Shown here: one piece after another, positions 1-8,993 of the stretch
How the letters are laid out: each line of letters begins with the position of its first letter
Numbering within the stretch: the stretch's first letter is position 1
From: an uncultured Eubacteriales bacterium
Lineage (GTDB): Bacteria; Bacillota; Clostridia; Christensenellales; UBA1242
Assembly (NCBI GenBank): GCA_902788085.1
Contig: CADAJB010000001.1
Location: forward strand, 5,241-69,240
Direction: 5' to 3'
Length of the DNA: 64,000 bases
The notes under the pieces: generated by a model
What the model was told of the DNA's origin: nothing
The model's database searches: none
Seen by the model: only the letters and a program-made list of their open reading frames with translations
Made by a program: the position numbers and the translations under genes

Positions 1-18
1 GATAATACAACCAAAAAT

Positions 19-1536
19 ATGGAAGATATCGAGCGTGAGGCAAACAAACGCTTGCAAGCAATCAACGAAAACCTAGATAGACTTGATAAAGAATTGTCCG
101 AAAAGACAAACAAAGTTGAAATCAACTTTACTATGGGTCAAATTAAACAAGAGCGTGATAAAAAATCTACTCTTGAAAAAGATTTGGCAACAAGGTTAGA
201 AAAAGAAAAGACCGCACAAGACGCGTTAGATGTAGAAATACAAAAACGCAAAGAAAAGATAAACGAAGGCAAACACGATGTAGAAGTTGCCCTAAAAGCC
301 GAATACAACACATTTGCTGGCCGTTTATATGATGAGATTTATCAAAAAGTTGTTAATAGTTGTGCTGAAGATATTCACAAATATCAAATTCAAATTGACC
401 GTTTAAAGAACAAACTTTTAGAGTTTGATAAAGAATTAGATGTTCGCGACACCGCTATAAAAACAAAAGATATAGAAATAGAAAGTTTAAAACTAGAACT
501 TGCAAAGGGCAGCCAAGAAAAACCTTCTAAAAACAAAAAGAACAAAAACAAAGAAGCCGAATATTATATCGAGCCAAATGGAGAATATTCAAACCCTGTA
601 AACGAATCTTCTAACGAACAAAACCTTATGACAACCACCAGTGGTGTAGCCGATGGCGATTCAGTTAGTGATTATTCGCAATACTACGACGAAAATGGTA
701 ATGCAATAGATTATTCTAATGCACAAGAAGAGCCCGTTGATGATTCTATGTTCTACGACGAAAACGGAAACTTAATAGACTATTCGCAATACTACGACGA
801 ATTTGGTAACTTAAAACCAGAATATTCTACCGACCAAGACGAAGAACAACCCGCCGAAGAGGAAAACAACCATACATTAGACGAAGAAGCTAACACTTAC
901 GATGATGTTAAAGATATATATAACGAAGAATCCGAACAACCTGCCGATTCTATAACAACAAACGACTTATTAGACTTGCAAAAGCAAATTGCCGAAGAAA
1001 ATATAAAATTAAATCAACAACGCGAAGAGTTGCGCAATCAAATAGACCAAACATTAAATTCTATTGATAGCACACCTAAAAAGGCTGCAAAACCAGCAAA
1101 GAAAGAAACAAAATCTAAGGCAACCGCAGCAAAATCTACACCAAAAACAACAGCAAAAACTTCTACTAAAACAGCAAGCAAAAAAGAGCCAGCCAAAAAA
1201 GCCCCTACTAAAAAAACAGCCGAGAAGAAAGTAGAAGACAAGAAAAAGGTAGATAAAAAAGAGCCAGCAAAGAAAACCGATGCTAAAAAGCCTGCTGCTA
1301 AAAAGGCAACACCTAAAAAAGCAGAAGCAAAGCCTGCTGCAAAGAAAACAGCAAGCAAAAAGCCTGCAAAAAAAGACGATAAATCTAAAGATATAATTGC
1401 TTTAACTCGTCAAATAGACAACTTAAAACAAGAAGTTAAAACAGCCAAGGCACGCGGTGCAAGTGAAGAAGAAGTTGCAGCAATCAACACAAAGATTGCA
1501 GACATCTTAAAAGATTTGGCAAATGTAAAAAAATAA
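19..1536 (+). CDS. coiled-coil protein with acidic YYDENGN repeats and a Lys/Ala/Pro-rich histone-H1-like tail (possibly 5'-partial)
   Basis: 505-aa ORF. The frame stays open to the window edge upstream of ATG 19. Charged coiled-coil-like N-terminus, three Y(Y)DENGNxIDYS repeats, then about 110 aa of AKKP/KKTA repeats. Confidence 0.6.
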   Translation: MEDIEREANKRLQAINENLDRLDKELSEKTNKVEINFTMGQIKQERDKKSTLEKDLATRLEKEKTAQDALDVEIQKRKEKINEGKHDVEVALKAEYNTFAGRLYDEIYQKVVNSCAEDIHKYQIQIDRLKNKLLEFDKELDVRDTAIKTKDIEIESLKLELAKGSQEKPSKNKKNKNKEAEYYIEPNGEYSNPVNESSNEQNLMTTTSGVADGDSVSDYSQYYDENGNAIDYSNAQEEPVDDSMFYDENGNLIDYSQYYDEFGNLKPEYSTDQDEEQPAEEENNHTLDEEANTYDDVKDIYNEESEQPADSITTNDLLDLQKQIAEENIKLNQQREELRNQIDQTLNSIDSTPKKAAKPAKKETKSKATAAKSTPKTTAKTSTKTASKKEPAKKAPTKKTAEKKVEDKKKVDKKEPAKKTDAKKPAAKKATPKKAEAKPAAKKTASKKPAKKDDKSKDIIALTRQIDNLKQEVKTAKARGASEEEVAAINTKIADILKDLANVKK

Positions 1537-1540
1537 AATA

Positions 1541-1567
1541 AAAAAACTTGTATTTTGCAAGTTTTTT
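1541..1567. terminator. bidirectional intrinsic terminator between convergent genes
   Basis: AAAAAACTTGT-ATTTT-GCAAGTTTTTT hairpin flanked by an A-run and a T-run. It overlaps the stop of the minus-strand gene. Confidence 0.6.
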
Positions 1568-2247
1568 TATTTTGCTAAACTTAGCAGGCTAGATACTACA
1601 TTAAACTGTTTTGCAATATTTATTGTGTTAGTTGTTATAGTAGTGTTTTTAGTTGCTAAAATTTCGTTTTGCCTAGAATATAGATTATCGCTTAACCTTT
1701 TGCCTATAATATTATTTAGGTTGTTTGCTCGCATTGTGGTGGGCATACCAATATTTTGTAAAATAGAAACAGGTGTGTTTAAGTGTTCTAGTTTTATTTT
1801 TGCTTTTCTGGGTTTAAAGTTTTTTCGTTTTAAAATATTATTGCTATCTAATAAAATTATATTGTTGTTTTTATAAAGTATTTGTGCGGGCTTAAAACTG
1901 TTATTTTTCCCGTCTATGCTTTCTATTTTAAAATCTTGGCTTAATGTTATATCTTTTACAACATCTTTTCCTTTTGTTAAGTCGATTATTGTGTTGTTTA
2001 TAACTTCGCAAGTTTCAAAATTGTTTACGCTTAGTTTTGTATTGTTTTTTATTAGTAAACAATCGTTATTTAATTTGTAAATATTACGTATATTAATAAT
2101 ATACAAAACTTCGTTGTCGTCGTCGGTTATAACAAGATGAGTTATTTTTGTTAAATGTTTATTAAATACAGCATTTAAAACATAACCAACACTTTCGCAT
2201 TCGTATATACTAAATACTGGTAAACCTATTAAGTTTGTGTATTGCAT
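1567..2247 (-). CDS. PRC-barrel-like domain protein (hypothetical)
   Basis: 226-aa ORF. The N-terminus GLPVFSIYECESVGYVLNAVFN...ITHLVI resembles YlmC/YmxH-type PRC barrels. RBS AGGAGG upstream. Confidence 0.5.
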   Translation of the reverse strand: MQYTNLIGLPVFSIYECESVGYVLNAVFNKHLTKITHLVITDDDNEVLYIINIRNIYKLNNDCLLIKNNTKLSVNNFETCEVINNTIIDLTKGKDVVKDITLSQDFKIESIDGKNNSFKPAQILYKNNNIILLDSNNILKRKNFKPRKAKIKLEHLNTPVSILQNIGMPTTMRANNLNNIIGKRLSDNLYSRQNEILATKNTTITTNTINIAKQFNVVSSLLSLAK

Positions 2248-2327
2248 TTATTACCTCCTATCTTTTATAATTTATTTTATATACGGGCAAAAAATAAGTT
2301 TTGTTACTTAATATTTATGTCGAATTG

Positions 2328-2356
2328 TTGTAAGTTTTAAATTTTTGTGCTACAAT
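2328..2356 (+). promoter_or_regulatory. sigma-A-type promoter
   Basis: TTGTAA, 17 nt, TGc-TACAAT (extended -10), about 25 nt upstream of RBS GAAGGAGAG. Confidence 0.55.
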
Positions 2357-2381
2357 TACACACAAAGAAGGAGAGTAAGAT

Positions 2382-3437
2382 ATGGGATTTTTAGATTTAT
2401 TTAAACAAGACGAAACGCTTGCTTTGCCCGATAACTTTAATAATTCAATAATTTACCCGGTTTCTAACAATTATTATACCGTAAACATAGGGCAAAACAT
2501 ATCCATAAACGAGGGCTGGAATGCTGTTATTGTTGTAAAAGGTAAACCACAAGATATTTTGCCAGCGGGCAACCACCAACTTAGTATTTTTAATTTGCCT
2601 AACACTACTAGAATGTTAAAACTAAATCAAGGCAAAGTAAAAAAGAATGCCCAAACAGTTAATGTAGAACTTCCGCAAACTTTTAAGTGCGATTTATATT
2701 TTATAAACTTAAATCAAATTTCAAACTTTCCGTGGCATTCGGGTAGAGTGCCTATTAAAAGTAAATTATATGGCAGATATAAAGTAGGCTTAAAGGGTAT
2801 TTTGCAACTTAAAATTTTTGATAGCATAAAGTTTTTAAAATTATTGCTTTTAGAGCGTGGGCACATAAAAAAGGGGCAGGGCGAAAAAGTTTTAAGTGGG
2901 CTTATAAACGAAGAAGTGTACAACAGTATTTTGTTTAGTAGTTTTTACGGTCCACGCCAGTTTGCTGACACAAAAAACATTAATGAATTTTTATTAAATA
3001 AACTAAACGAAAATTTTAAACCCTATGGTTTGCAAATAGAAGAACTTTCTACCCAAGACGTAAAATTTTATGGTAAAGTTAATCAGCAACTTACTCGCGA
3101 AGACGAAGCATTTAAAAGCGGTTTTGTTAACGACCTAAATACCGACGATATATTAAACGATGGCAAAATAACCCTAGACGCAAACGCCGAAGCCGAAGCA
3201 CCAAAAAATTATTATCACCAAGACGATGTTGAACAACAAAATAATTTTAACGAGTACGAAGATGCCGAAACACAACCCGAGCGTCAAGTTATGCAATCGG
3301 TTAAAATAAAAGAAAGGTATAACAATATGCAAGATATTCAAAACGAAATTAACGACACCTTAGGTACAAGCACTAGCCGAATAGAAGTAACAGACGAAAA
3401 ACCAGTAAAAATAAAATTAAATAAAAAGGACAAATAA
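2382..3437 (+). CDS. SPFH/YdjI-like (virion-core-like) domain protein with acidic C-terminal tail
   Basis: 351-aa ORF. N-terminus MGFLDLFK... and overall pattern resemble COG4260/YdjI-type proteins. Strong RBS. Confidence 0.5.
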   Translation: MGFLDLFKQDETLALPDNFNNSIIYPVSNNYYTVNIGQNISINEGWNAVIVVKGKPQDILPAGNHQLSIFNLPNTTRMLKLNQGKVKKNAQTVNVELPQTFKCDLYFINLNQISNFPWHSGRVPIKSKLYGRYKVGLKGILQLKIFDSIKFLKLLLLERGHIKKGQGEKVLSGLINEEVYNSILFSSFYGPRQFADTKNINEFLLNKLNENFKPYGLQIEELSTQDVKFYGKVNQQLTREDEAFKSGFVNDLNTDDILNDGKITLDANAEAEAPKNYYHQDDVEQQNNFNEYEDAETQPERQVMQSVKIKERYNNMQDIQNEINDTLGTSTSRIEVTDEKPVKIKLNKKDK

Positions 3438-3438
3438 A

Positions 3439-3681
3439 ATGAAAAAACCCGAAAAAATAAAATTTGACCAAGATATGACAATAGGTCAGGCACTTATGCT
3501 AAACCCAAATGCCGAAGCGGTGTTTATGGGGTTTGGTATGCATTGCGTAGGCTGTTTTGTTTCGCAAATGGAAACAATAGGTGAAGCATGCGAAGTGCAT
3601 GGCGTAGATGTTAAAGAAGTTTTAAAACAATTAGACAATATGCCAGCAGATAAAGTTTTAGAGCCCACAGACTTTGAATAA
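3439..3681 (+). CDS. DUF1858 / hybrid-cluster-protein-associated redox disulfide domain protein
   Basis: 80 aa. Motif GFGMHCVGCF...ETIGEACEVHG is typical of this small family. Start lies 1 nt after the upstream stop (coupled). Confidence 0.7.
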   Translation: MKKPEKIKFDQDMTIGQALMLNPNAEAVFMGFGMHCVGCFVSQMETIGEACEVHGVDVKEVLKQLDNMPADKVLEPTDFE

Positions 3682-3701
3682 CCTTTTTAGGTTATTTTTT
3701 T
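3679..3701 (+). terminator. intrinsic terminator
   Basis: TAACCT-TTTT-AGGTTA followed by T7. Confidence 0.55.
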
Positions 3702-3774
3702 GTTAATAAGTGGAATAATTTGCACATATCCTTTTTAATTTACATAAATAATAGTTACAAAAAGGGGGAATATT

Positions 3775-4896
3775 ATGGCAAATAATCCAGAAAATTATTT
3801 AATAGCAGGTAACGACGAACACGGAATTAATCCGCCAACTTTGGGCAAACGCACACCACTTATGCCATATATAAATAGGCAAATTTATGAAAATGAGTGG
3901 AATTTTGCGGTTAAAAATGCGTTTTTAGCAGATTGCTTACGAATAGGCTTTTTTATTTTTGATGTAAAACCCAACAGGCAGGATGCTTCGGTTTCTAGCA
4001 GGGTAACTTTGGTAAATAGGGCGCAACCAAGTTGCGTAATAACTTTTGGGTATAACGCATTTGGCGACCCTAATGCATTTTCTAGCCCAAATGGTGTGGA
4101 GGTTTTTTATTCACCACTAAATGTTTATGCTCAGCGTAGCCAAGCATTAAGTAGTGCTGTGTATAACGAAATTTTAAATGCTACCAGCCTTAATGGTAGG
4201 GGCATAAAAACCTTAGATGTAGGTATGTTATCTAATGTGCGCACGGTTGCCACTTTAATAGAAGCGGGCTTTATGACTAACTTTAACGAAGCAAAACTTA
4301 TGTTAGACCCCGACCACATAAACACAGTTGGCAGGGCAACTTGTAAAGGCGTTTGTAACTATTTTAATGTTGAATATACACCAATAGACGAAATGAATTT
4401 TCCTACACTAAGAGTTGGCAGTAGGGGCAGGTTTGTAAGATATTTGCAGTTTGTACTAAAAACCGAAGGCTATGTTTTAGGTAGTGTTGATGGAATATTT
4501 GGCACCAACACACAAAACGCAGTAAAAGCCTTTCAACAGGCAAATGGTTTAACAGATGATGGAATAGTTGGGCGTAATACTTGGTATAAACTAAACAATT
4601 TATACCCAACAGCCCGCGTGTTAAAAAAGGGTAGTTATGGTGCAGAAGTAAAATATCTTCAACAAAAATTATATAGTTTTTTATATCCAGTTGGCACAAT
4701 AGACGGTATATTTGGAACTAACACCGAAAGGGCAGTAAAACAGTTTCAACAAGAAAATGGCCTAACACCAGACGGAATAGTGGGCAATAACACTTGGGAT
4801 TATTTAATGGATAGGGCTAATTCTAGACCTTTGCCAACACCTACTCAAAACAACAACAGTGAAGATAATTTTATCGAAAATAAAGCAATAGACTAA
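3775..4896 (+). CDS. N-acetylmuramoyl-L-alanine amidase (Amidase_3-like) with two PG_binding_1 repeats
   Basis: N-terminal HG..GKRTP...EW.F...GVEVFY...IEAGFMTN pattern. Two C-terminal repeats of DGIFGTNT..AVK.FQQ.NGLT.DGIVG.NTW. Confidence 0.8.
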   Translation: MANNPENYLIAGNDEHGINPPTLGKRTPLMPYINRQIYENEWNFAVKNAFLADCLRIGFFIFDVKPNRQDASVSSRVTLVNRAQPSCVITFGYNAFGDPNAFSSPNGVEVFYSPLNVYAQRSQALSSAVYNEILNATSLNGRGIKTLDVGMLSNVRTVATLIEAGFMTNFNEAKLMLDPDHINTVGRATCKGVCNYFNVEYTPIDEMNFPTLRVGSRGRFVRYLQFVLKTEGYVLGSVDGIFGTNTQNAVKAFQQANGLTDDGIVGRNTWYKLNNLYPTARVLKKGSYGAEVKYLQQKLYSFLYPVGTIDGIFGTNTERAVKQFQQENGLTPDGIVGNNTWDYLMDRANSRPLPTPTQNNNSEDNFIENKAID

Positions 4897-4958
4897 AAAA
4901 TTGTTGCAAAATGTCATATAAAGTGTTAGAATAATCATAATATGTATAGGAGGTAGTT

Positions 4959-5336
4959 ATGGCAGACGACAAGCAAGAAAGTGTTATAGATATGGATACA
5001 CCTGCACAAGAAAAAGAAAACAAACCAGCAGAAACAGTTAAAGTTGAAGAAAAAGAAACAACTCAAAAAGCAAAACCAGCCATTCAAATTAATGTTCCAT
5101 TTAACACATTAGTTATGATTTGTGCTATTGCTTCTATTGCTATTGCATTGCTTGCATCTTTCTTCTTAATTGTTGGTGCAAGTATGACATTAGTAAATGT
5201 ATTTAGATGCATTAACTTATTTGCATTGTGTGCAACTATTGCTTTATATCTTGTAGATTATATCAAAAACAAGAATTTTAGCGTAAACCCTGCATTTATT
5301 TGTATGGTATTAGCAATTATAGTTGCCGTATTCTAA
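4959..5336 (+). CDS. small membrane protein, charged N-terminus plus 3 predicted TM helices
   Basis: 125-aa ORF, RBS GGAGG, hydrophobic C-terminal two-thirds. Confidence 0.55.
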   Translation: MADDKQESVIDMDTPAQEKENKPAETVKVEEKETTQKAKPAIQINVPFNTLVMICAIASIAIALLASFFLIVGASMTLVNVFRCINLFALCATIALYLVDYIKNKNFSVNPAFICMVLAIIVAVF

Positions 5337-5345
5337 TTAAAAAAG

Positions 5346-5374
5346 AAAAAACCACGATTTTGTCGTGGTTTTTA
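5346..5374 (+). terminator. intrinsic terminator
   Basis: ACCACGA-TTTTG-TCGTGGT flanked by an A-run and a T-run. Confidence 0.75.
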
Positions 5375-5432
5375 TTATTTGCGTTTTTATAAAAAGTCAA
5401 TATACAATATTTTTTAGTTGTGTAAATAAATG

Positions 5433-5461
5433 TTGACTTTGTTGTTTTATTGTGGTATATT
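5433..5461 (+). promoter_or_regulatory. sigma-A-type promoter for tRNA-Arg
   Basis: TTGACT, 17 nt, TGg-TATATT. The tRNA 5' end lies 14 nt downstream. Confidence 0.65.
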
Positions 5462-5474
5462 CTTTATATTATTT

Positions 5475-5551
5475 GCAGCCGTAGCTCAGCTGGATAGAGC
5501 GACCGCCTCCTAAGCGGTAGGTCAGCAGTTCAAATCTGCTCGGTTGCACCA
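5475..5551 (+). tRNA. tRNA-Arg (anticodon CCU), encoded CCA
   Basis: Hand-folded cloverleaf: acceptor GCAGCCG/CGGTTGC, anticodon loop CT-CCT-AA, T-arm AGCAG-TTCAAAT-CTGCT, 3' ACCA. Confidence 0.9.
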
Positions 5552-5578
5552 AAAAAGCGCTTTTTGCGCTTTTTATTT
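5551..5578 (+). terminator. intrinsic terminator after tRNA-Arg
   Basis: AAAAAGCGC-TTTTT-GCGCTTTTT. Confidence 0.7.
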
Positions 5579-5684
5579 TTTATATTATTGACAATATTAT
5601 TTATTGAGTGTTTGCTTCGTTATATAAATAAGAAATTGCTGTTTTTTTATATAGTTTTTAATTTTGTGTTATTAAAGTAAAAAC

Positions 5685-5712
5685 AAAAAAGTTGTATTGC
5701 TACAACTTTTTT
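5685..5712. terminator. bidirectional hairpin terminating the minus-strand tRNA pair
   Basis: AAAAAAGTTGTA-TTGC-TACAACTTTTTT, immediately downstream of tRNA-Glu on the minus strand. Confidence 0.7.
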
Positions 5713-5717
5713 ATTAT

Positions 5718-5793
5718 TGGTGACTCCACCGGGATTCGAACCCGGGACTCCACCGTGAAAGGGTGGTGTCTTAGACCGCTTGACGATGGAGCC
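5718..5793 (-). tRNA. tRNA-Glu (anticodon UUC), encoded CCA
   Basis: Reverse complement GGCTCCATCGTCAAGCGG...CCACC-CTTTCAC-GGTGG...CCGGG-TTCGAAT-CCCGG-TGGAGTC-ACCA. Confidence 0.9.
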
Positions 5794-5796
5794 ACA

Positions 5797-5873
5797 TGGT
5801 AGCGATAAAAGGATTCGAACCTTTGACCTATCGGGTATGAACCGATCGCTCTAACCAGCTAAGCTATATCGCC
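5797..5873 (-). tRNA. tRNA with CAU anticodon (elongator Met, or Ile2 if lysidine-modified)
   Basis: Reverse complement GGCGATATAGCTTAGCTGGTTAGAGCG-ATCGG-TTCATAC-CCGAT...AAAGG-TTCGAAT-CCTTT-TATCGCT-ACCA. It lacks initiator features (no 3 G:C pairs next to the anticodon loop). Confidence 0.85.
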
Positions 5874-5899
5874 GCAAAGCCTTGCGGAAATGTAGGTTG

Positions 5900-5928
5900 A
5901 TTGTATCATATAAAAAGGTATTTGTCAA
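5900..5928 (-). promoter_or_regulatory. consensus sigma-A promoter for the tRNA-Met/tRNA-Glu pair
   Basis: Minus strand reads TTGACA, 17 nt, TACAAT, about 25 nt upstream of the tRNA 5' end. Confidence 0.7.
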
Positions 5929-6043
5929 TAAAAAAACAAATTATTTTAAATTAATTTAAAAAGTGTATTTATAATTAATAAAAATGGCAATATAAAGCTG
6001 CTGCAAAAATTTTGATTAAAAACTTTTAAAGTGGGGCATATAA

Positions 6044-6072
6044 TTGCAAAAATATAAAAGATGTGTTAAAAT
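6044..6072 (+). promoter_or_regulatory. sigma-A-type promoter for the tmk-holB-ricT operon
   Basis: TTGCAA, 17 nt, TGt-TAAAAT. Confidence 0.5.
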
Positions 6073-6098
6073 GTTTAGATAATTTAAGGTGGTGTGCT

Positions 6099-6725
6099 AT
6101 GAAAAAAGCTTTTTTTATATCTTTTGAAGGTATAGACGGAAGTGGAAAAACAACTCACACTCGCATTTTTTGCGAGTTTTTGCGCTCGATTGGTGCAGAT
6201 TTTATTTCCACTCGCGAGCCAGGTGGAACACCGTTAGGTGAAGATATTCGAAACTTTGCTTTAAAGAAATATAAAGATAAATCTGTAAAAGCCGAATTAT
6301 ATTTGTTTGAAGCATCTCGTGCCGAACACTTCGAAAAAGTAATACAACCCGCTTTAAATGAAGGCAAAATTGTGGTTATAGACCGCTTTTGTGACAGCAC
6401 GCTTGCTTATCAAGGCTATGGCAACAAAAACGACTTAGAGGCGGTTGAGTTTGTTGATGATTTTGCCACCAACAACACAAAGCCCGACCTAACTTTTTAT
6501 TTAGATATAGACCCACGCGAAGCCTTAGCGCGACGAATTGGGCGTTCTACTAATGATATAATAGAAGACCGCGGGCTTTTATACCAAGATATTGTAAGAA
6601 AAGGCTATTTAGAAATATATAACAAAAACAAACACAGAATAGTGCTAATAGATGCTAATCGTTCGGTTAGTGAAGTGGCTGACGAAATAAAAGATGTGTT
6701 TTTGCAAAGGATAAATAATGAATAA
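6099..6725 (+). CDS. tmk: thymidylate kinase
   Basis: MKKAFFISFEGIDGSGKTT P-loop, TREPGGT and DRF.DS motifs. ATG 6099 is preceded by AAGGTGG. The track's GTG 6063 start was rejected. Confidence 0.93.
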   Translation: MKKAFFISFEGIDGSGKTTHTRIFCEFLRSIGADFISTREPGGTPLGEDIRNFALKKYKDKSVKAELYLFEASRAEHFEKVIQPALNEGKIVVIDRFCDSTLAYQGYGNKNDLEAVEFVDDFATNNTKPDLTFYLDIDPREALARRIGRSTNDIIEDRGLLYQDIVRKGYLEIYNKNKHRIVLIDANRSVSEVADEIKDVFLQRINNE

Positions 6726-7686
6726 CATTCAATTTAAAAGTTCGGAAATTTATAAAGAAATAATAAACAATACTATGATGCACAGCATTATGCTAATAAG
6801 CAATGATACCGAAATGCTAGATATTTATGCAAATAACATTGTTAGCACAATGTTTTGTAAAGCCGAAGAAAAACCTTGTGGAGTATGCACCGAGTGTCAA
6901 AAAATTGCGCATAAAACAATGGTGGATGTATTAGAATATCCATTAAAAGGCGAAGTATTAAAATCTGACGAATTAAACAAACTTTTAGACACTGTTTTTG
7001 AACTACCTTTTGAGCACGATAAAAAAGTTTATATAATTAATAATTTTTCGAGTATTGATGCTTTAATGCAAAATAAATTGTTAAAAACATTAGAAGAGCC
7101 ACCTTCACACGCTTATTTTATATTAAAAGTAGATAATGAAAGTGTTGTTTTGCAAACCATAAAATCTAGATGCCAAAAAATAATGTTGCCAAAACTAGAT
7201 ACCATATCTTTGCAAGAATGTTTAAACAACTTAGGCGCAGACATAAAATTAGTGGACGAGGCAATGTCGTTTTGTGGTGGTTCACTTGCACAGGCAAAGC
7301 AATATATAAACAGCCCAAACTTTTTAAATAATGTAAACTTTTTATTAAATATGTTACAAAATTTAAAAAAATCGTGGCAAGTTGTAGATTATGCTAGTGT
7401 TTTATATACAAAAAAAGATGAAATTTTAGATATTTTACACATCTATTTAAAAATTTTGCAAGATTCTACTTACCTTGCACTAGGTCTTGATGATTTAATT
7501 ACTTTAAAAACACATACATCCGAGTTAAAGTTTATAGCAGAAGGTTATAGCCTAGATGCTATGTCCCAGATGATAAAAGATGTAAATTTAATATTAGAAA
7601 AGTTAGATAGACACTGCAATTTTAATTCGATTATAGATGAATTTTTATTAGGTATATTGGAGGATAAACACAAATGGCCAATATAG
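6718..7686 (+). CDS. holB: DNA polymerase III delta' subunit
   Basis: CGVCTEC zinc module, NKLLKTLEEPP, SRCQ sensor motif. 8-nt overlap with tmk. Confidence 0.88.
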   Translation: MNNIQFKSSEIYKEIINNTMMHSIMLISNDTEMLDIYANNIVSTMFCKAEEKPCGVCTECQKIAHKTMVDVLEYPLKGEVLKSDELNKLLDTVFELPFEHDKKVYIINNFSSIDALMQNKLLKTLEEPPSHAYFILKVDNESVVLQTIKSRCQKIMLPKLDTISLQECLNNLGADIKLVDEAMSFCGGSLAQAKQYINSPNFLNNVNFLLNMLQNLKKSWQVVDYASVLYTKKDEILDILHIYLKILQDSTYLALGLDDLITLKTHTSELKFIAEGYSLDAMSQMIKDVNLILEKLDRHCNFNSIIDEFLLGILEDKHKWPI

Positions 7687-8462
7687 TAAAAGTTGTTTTT
7701 TCGGTTGATACTTGCACTCATTCGGTGGAAGTTCCAAACACTATAAACAAAGGCGATAAAATTGTTGTAAAACTAGAAAACGGCAATGATATAGCCAAAG
7801 TAGTTACCACTTGTTTTGAAGGTAACCCCGACGAGCAAAACTTGACTTTTTTACGCGTTGCTACCGATTTAGATTTAGAAAAACAGCAACAAAAAGATAA
7901 AAACAACGCTTTAACAAAAGAAAAAGTAAAAAATATTATACAAAAACATAAAATTGACTTAAAATTAATAAAAGTGCACGAAAGTTTTGATAACAGCAAA
8001 ATTTTAGTGGTATATACAGCCCCCGAGCGCGTGGATTTTAGAGATTTAGTAAAAGAACTAGCAGGAGTATTTAAAACACATATCGAAATGCGTCAAATTA
8101 GCGACCGCGAATGTGCTTGCATTTTGGGGCTTATGGCTGAATGTGGGCAAGAGTTGTGTTGCCGAAGATTTTTATACGACCCTAAGGCAGTAACTATAAA
8201 AATGGCAAAAACCCAAGAAGTAGCACTAAACCCAAATAAAATAAATGGACTGTGCGGAAAACTTAGGTGTTGCTTAAATTATGAGTATGGGCAGTATAAA
8301 GAAATATTAGAAAAAATGCCCGAACTTAACAGCATTGTAAAAACGCCCGCAGGACAAGGTGCGGTTGTTTATAGAGATTTATTGCGCGAAAGGGTTAGTG
8401 TAAAGTTAGAAAACGAAGAAACGCAAGATTTTAATTTAACAGATATACAAAAAAGTGCATAG
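7674..8462 (+). CDS. ricT: PSP1-domain stage 0 sporulation/RNA-maturation protein YaaT (RicT)
   Basis: PSP1 C-terminal pattern with Cys cluster (CGQELCCRRFL...LCGKLRCCLNYE). Conserved position after holB. Confidence 0.85.
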   Translation: MANIVKVVFSVDTCTHSVEVPNTINKGDKIVVKLENGNDIAKVVTTCFEGNPDEQNLTFLRVATDLDLEKQQQKDKNNALTKEKVKNIIQKHKIDLKLIKVHESFDNSKILVVYTAPERVDFRDLVKELAGVFKTHIEMRQISDRECACILGLMAECGQELCCRRFLYDPKAVTIKMAKTQEVALNPNKINGLCGKLRCCLNYEYGQYKEILEKMPELNSIVKTPAGQGAVVYRDLLRERVSVKLENEETQDFNLTDIQKSA

Positions 8463-8481
8463 TATAGTGCTATGCACTTTT
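8451..8481. repeat. palindromic repeat-family copy acting as a bidirectional terminator
   Basis: AAAAGTGCATAG-TATAGTG-CTATGCACTTTT. It contains the ricT stop (AGT GCA TAG) and abuts the spmB stop. Confidence 0.75.
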
Positions 8482-8993
8482 TATATAATTTTACACAACA
8501 AACACCCAACTATTGCACCAACAAAACACGCAACTAAGGCAAGTGGAATTGCATACCACAGGCGCTTTATTTTAGTTTGACTAAAATATATTGTTGCAAT
8601 ATAAAAAATAGTTTCGCTACTGCCAACCAATACACAGCCACAGCGCGATATATAACTATCTGCGCCATATTTTATAAATAAGTCTTGCAAAGCACTTAAC
8701 CCGCCACTTCCACTAAAAGGTCGAATAAGTAAAAGTTGAGATAACTCGGGGGGTATTCCAAAAAAGTTTAAAACGGGTGATAGTATATTAGATAAAATAT
8801 CTACAAGCCCCGAAACTTTAAAAAGTTCTAGTGCAAAAAATATTGCAATAAGGTAAGGAAATAAATTATAGCAAAGTTCTAGGGCCTTTTTTGCACCAAG
8901 AACAAAAGAGGCATAACAATTTACCTTTTTTATTGTTGCATATATTATTAAAAAAAACAATAAAACGGGTATTATAAAAATGCTTGCATTCAA
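8481..8993 (-). CDS. spmB: spore maturation protein B (nucleoside-recognition/Gate domain)
   Basis: 170-aa polytopic membrane ORF, 4-nt overlap with the upstream spmA-like gene. Typical size and order. Confidence 0.75.
   Translation of the reverse strand: MNASIFIIPVLLFFLIIYATIKKVNCYASFVLGAKKALELCYNLFPYLIAIFFALELFKVSGLVDILSNILSPVLNFFGIPPELSQLLLIRPFSGSGGLSALQDLFIKYGADSYISRCGCVLVGSSETIFYIATIYFSQTKIKRLWYAIPLALVACFVGAIVGCLLCKII

Noticed and set aside
1038-1358. 106-aa minus-strand ORF (MLAVFFAAGFASAF...)
   Set aside because: It is the antisense mirror of the Lys/Ala/Pro repeat tract (AAA/GCA codons read as TTT/TGC). It has no RBS and lies entirely inside a better-supported plus-strand gene.
6063-6098. 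GTG-extended start of tmk given in the ORF track
   Set aside because: Homology starts at MKKAFFISFEGIDGSGKT. ATG 6099 has an AAGGTGG RBS, and the extension overlaps the predicted promoter.
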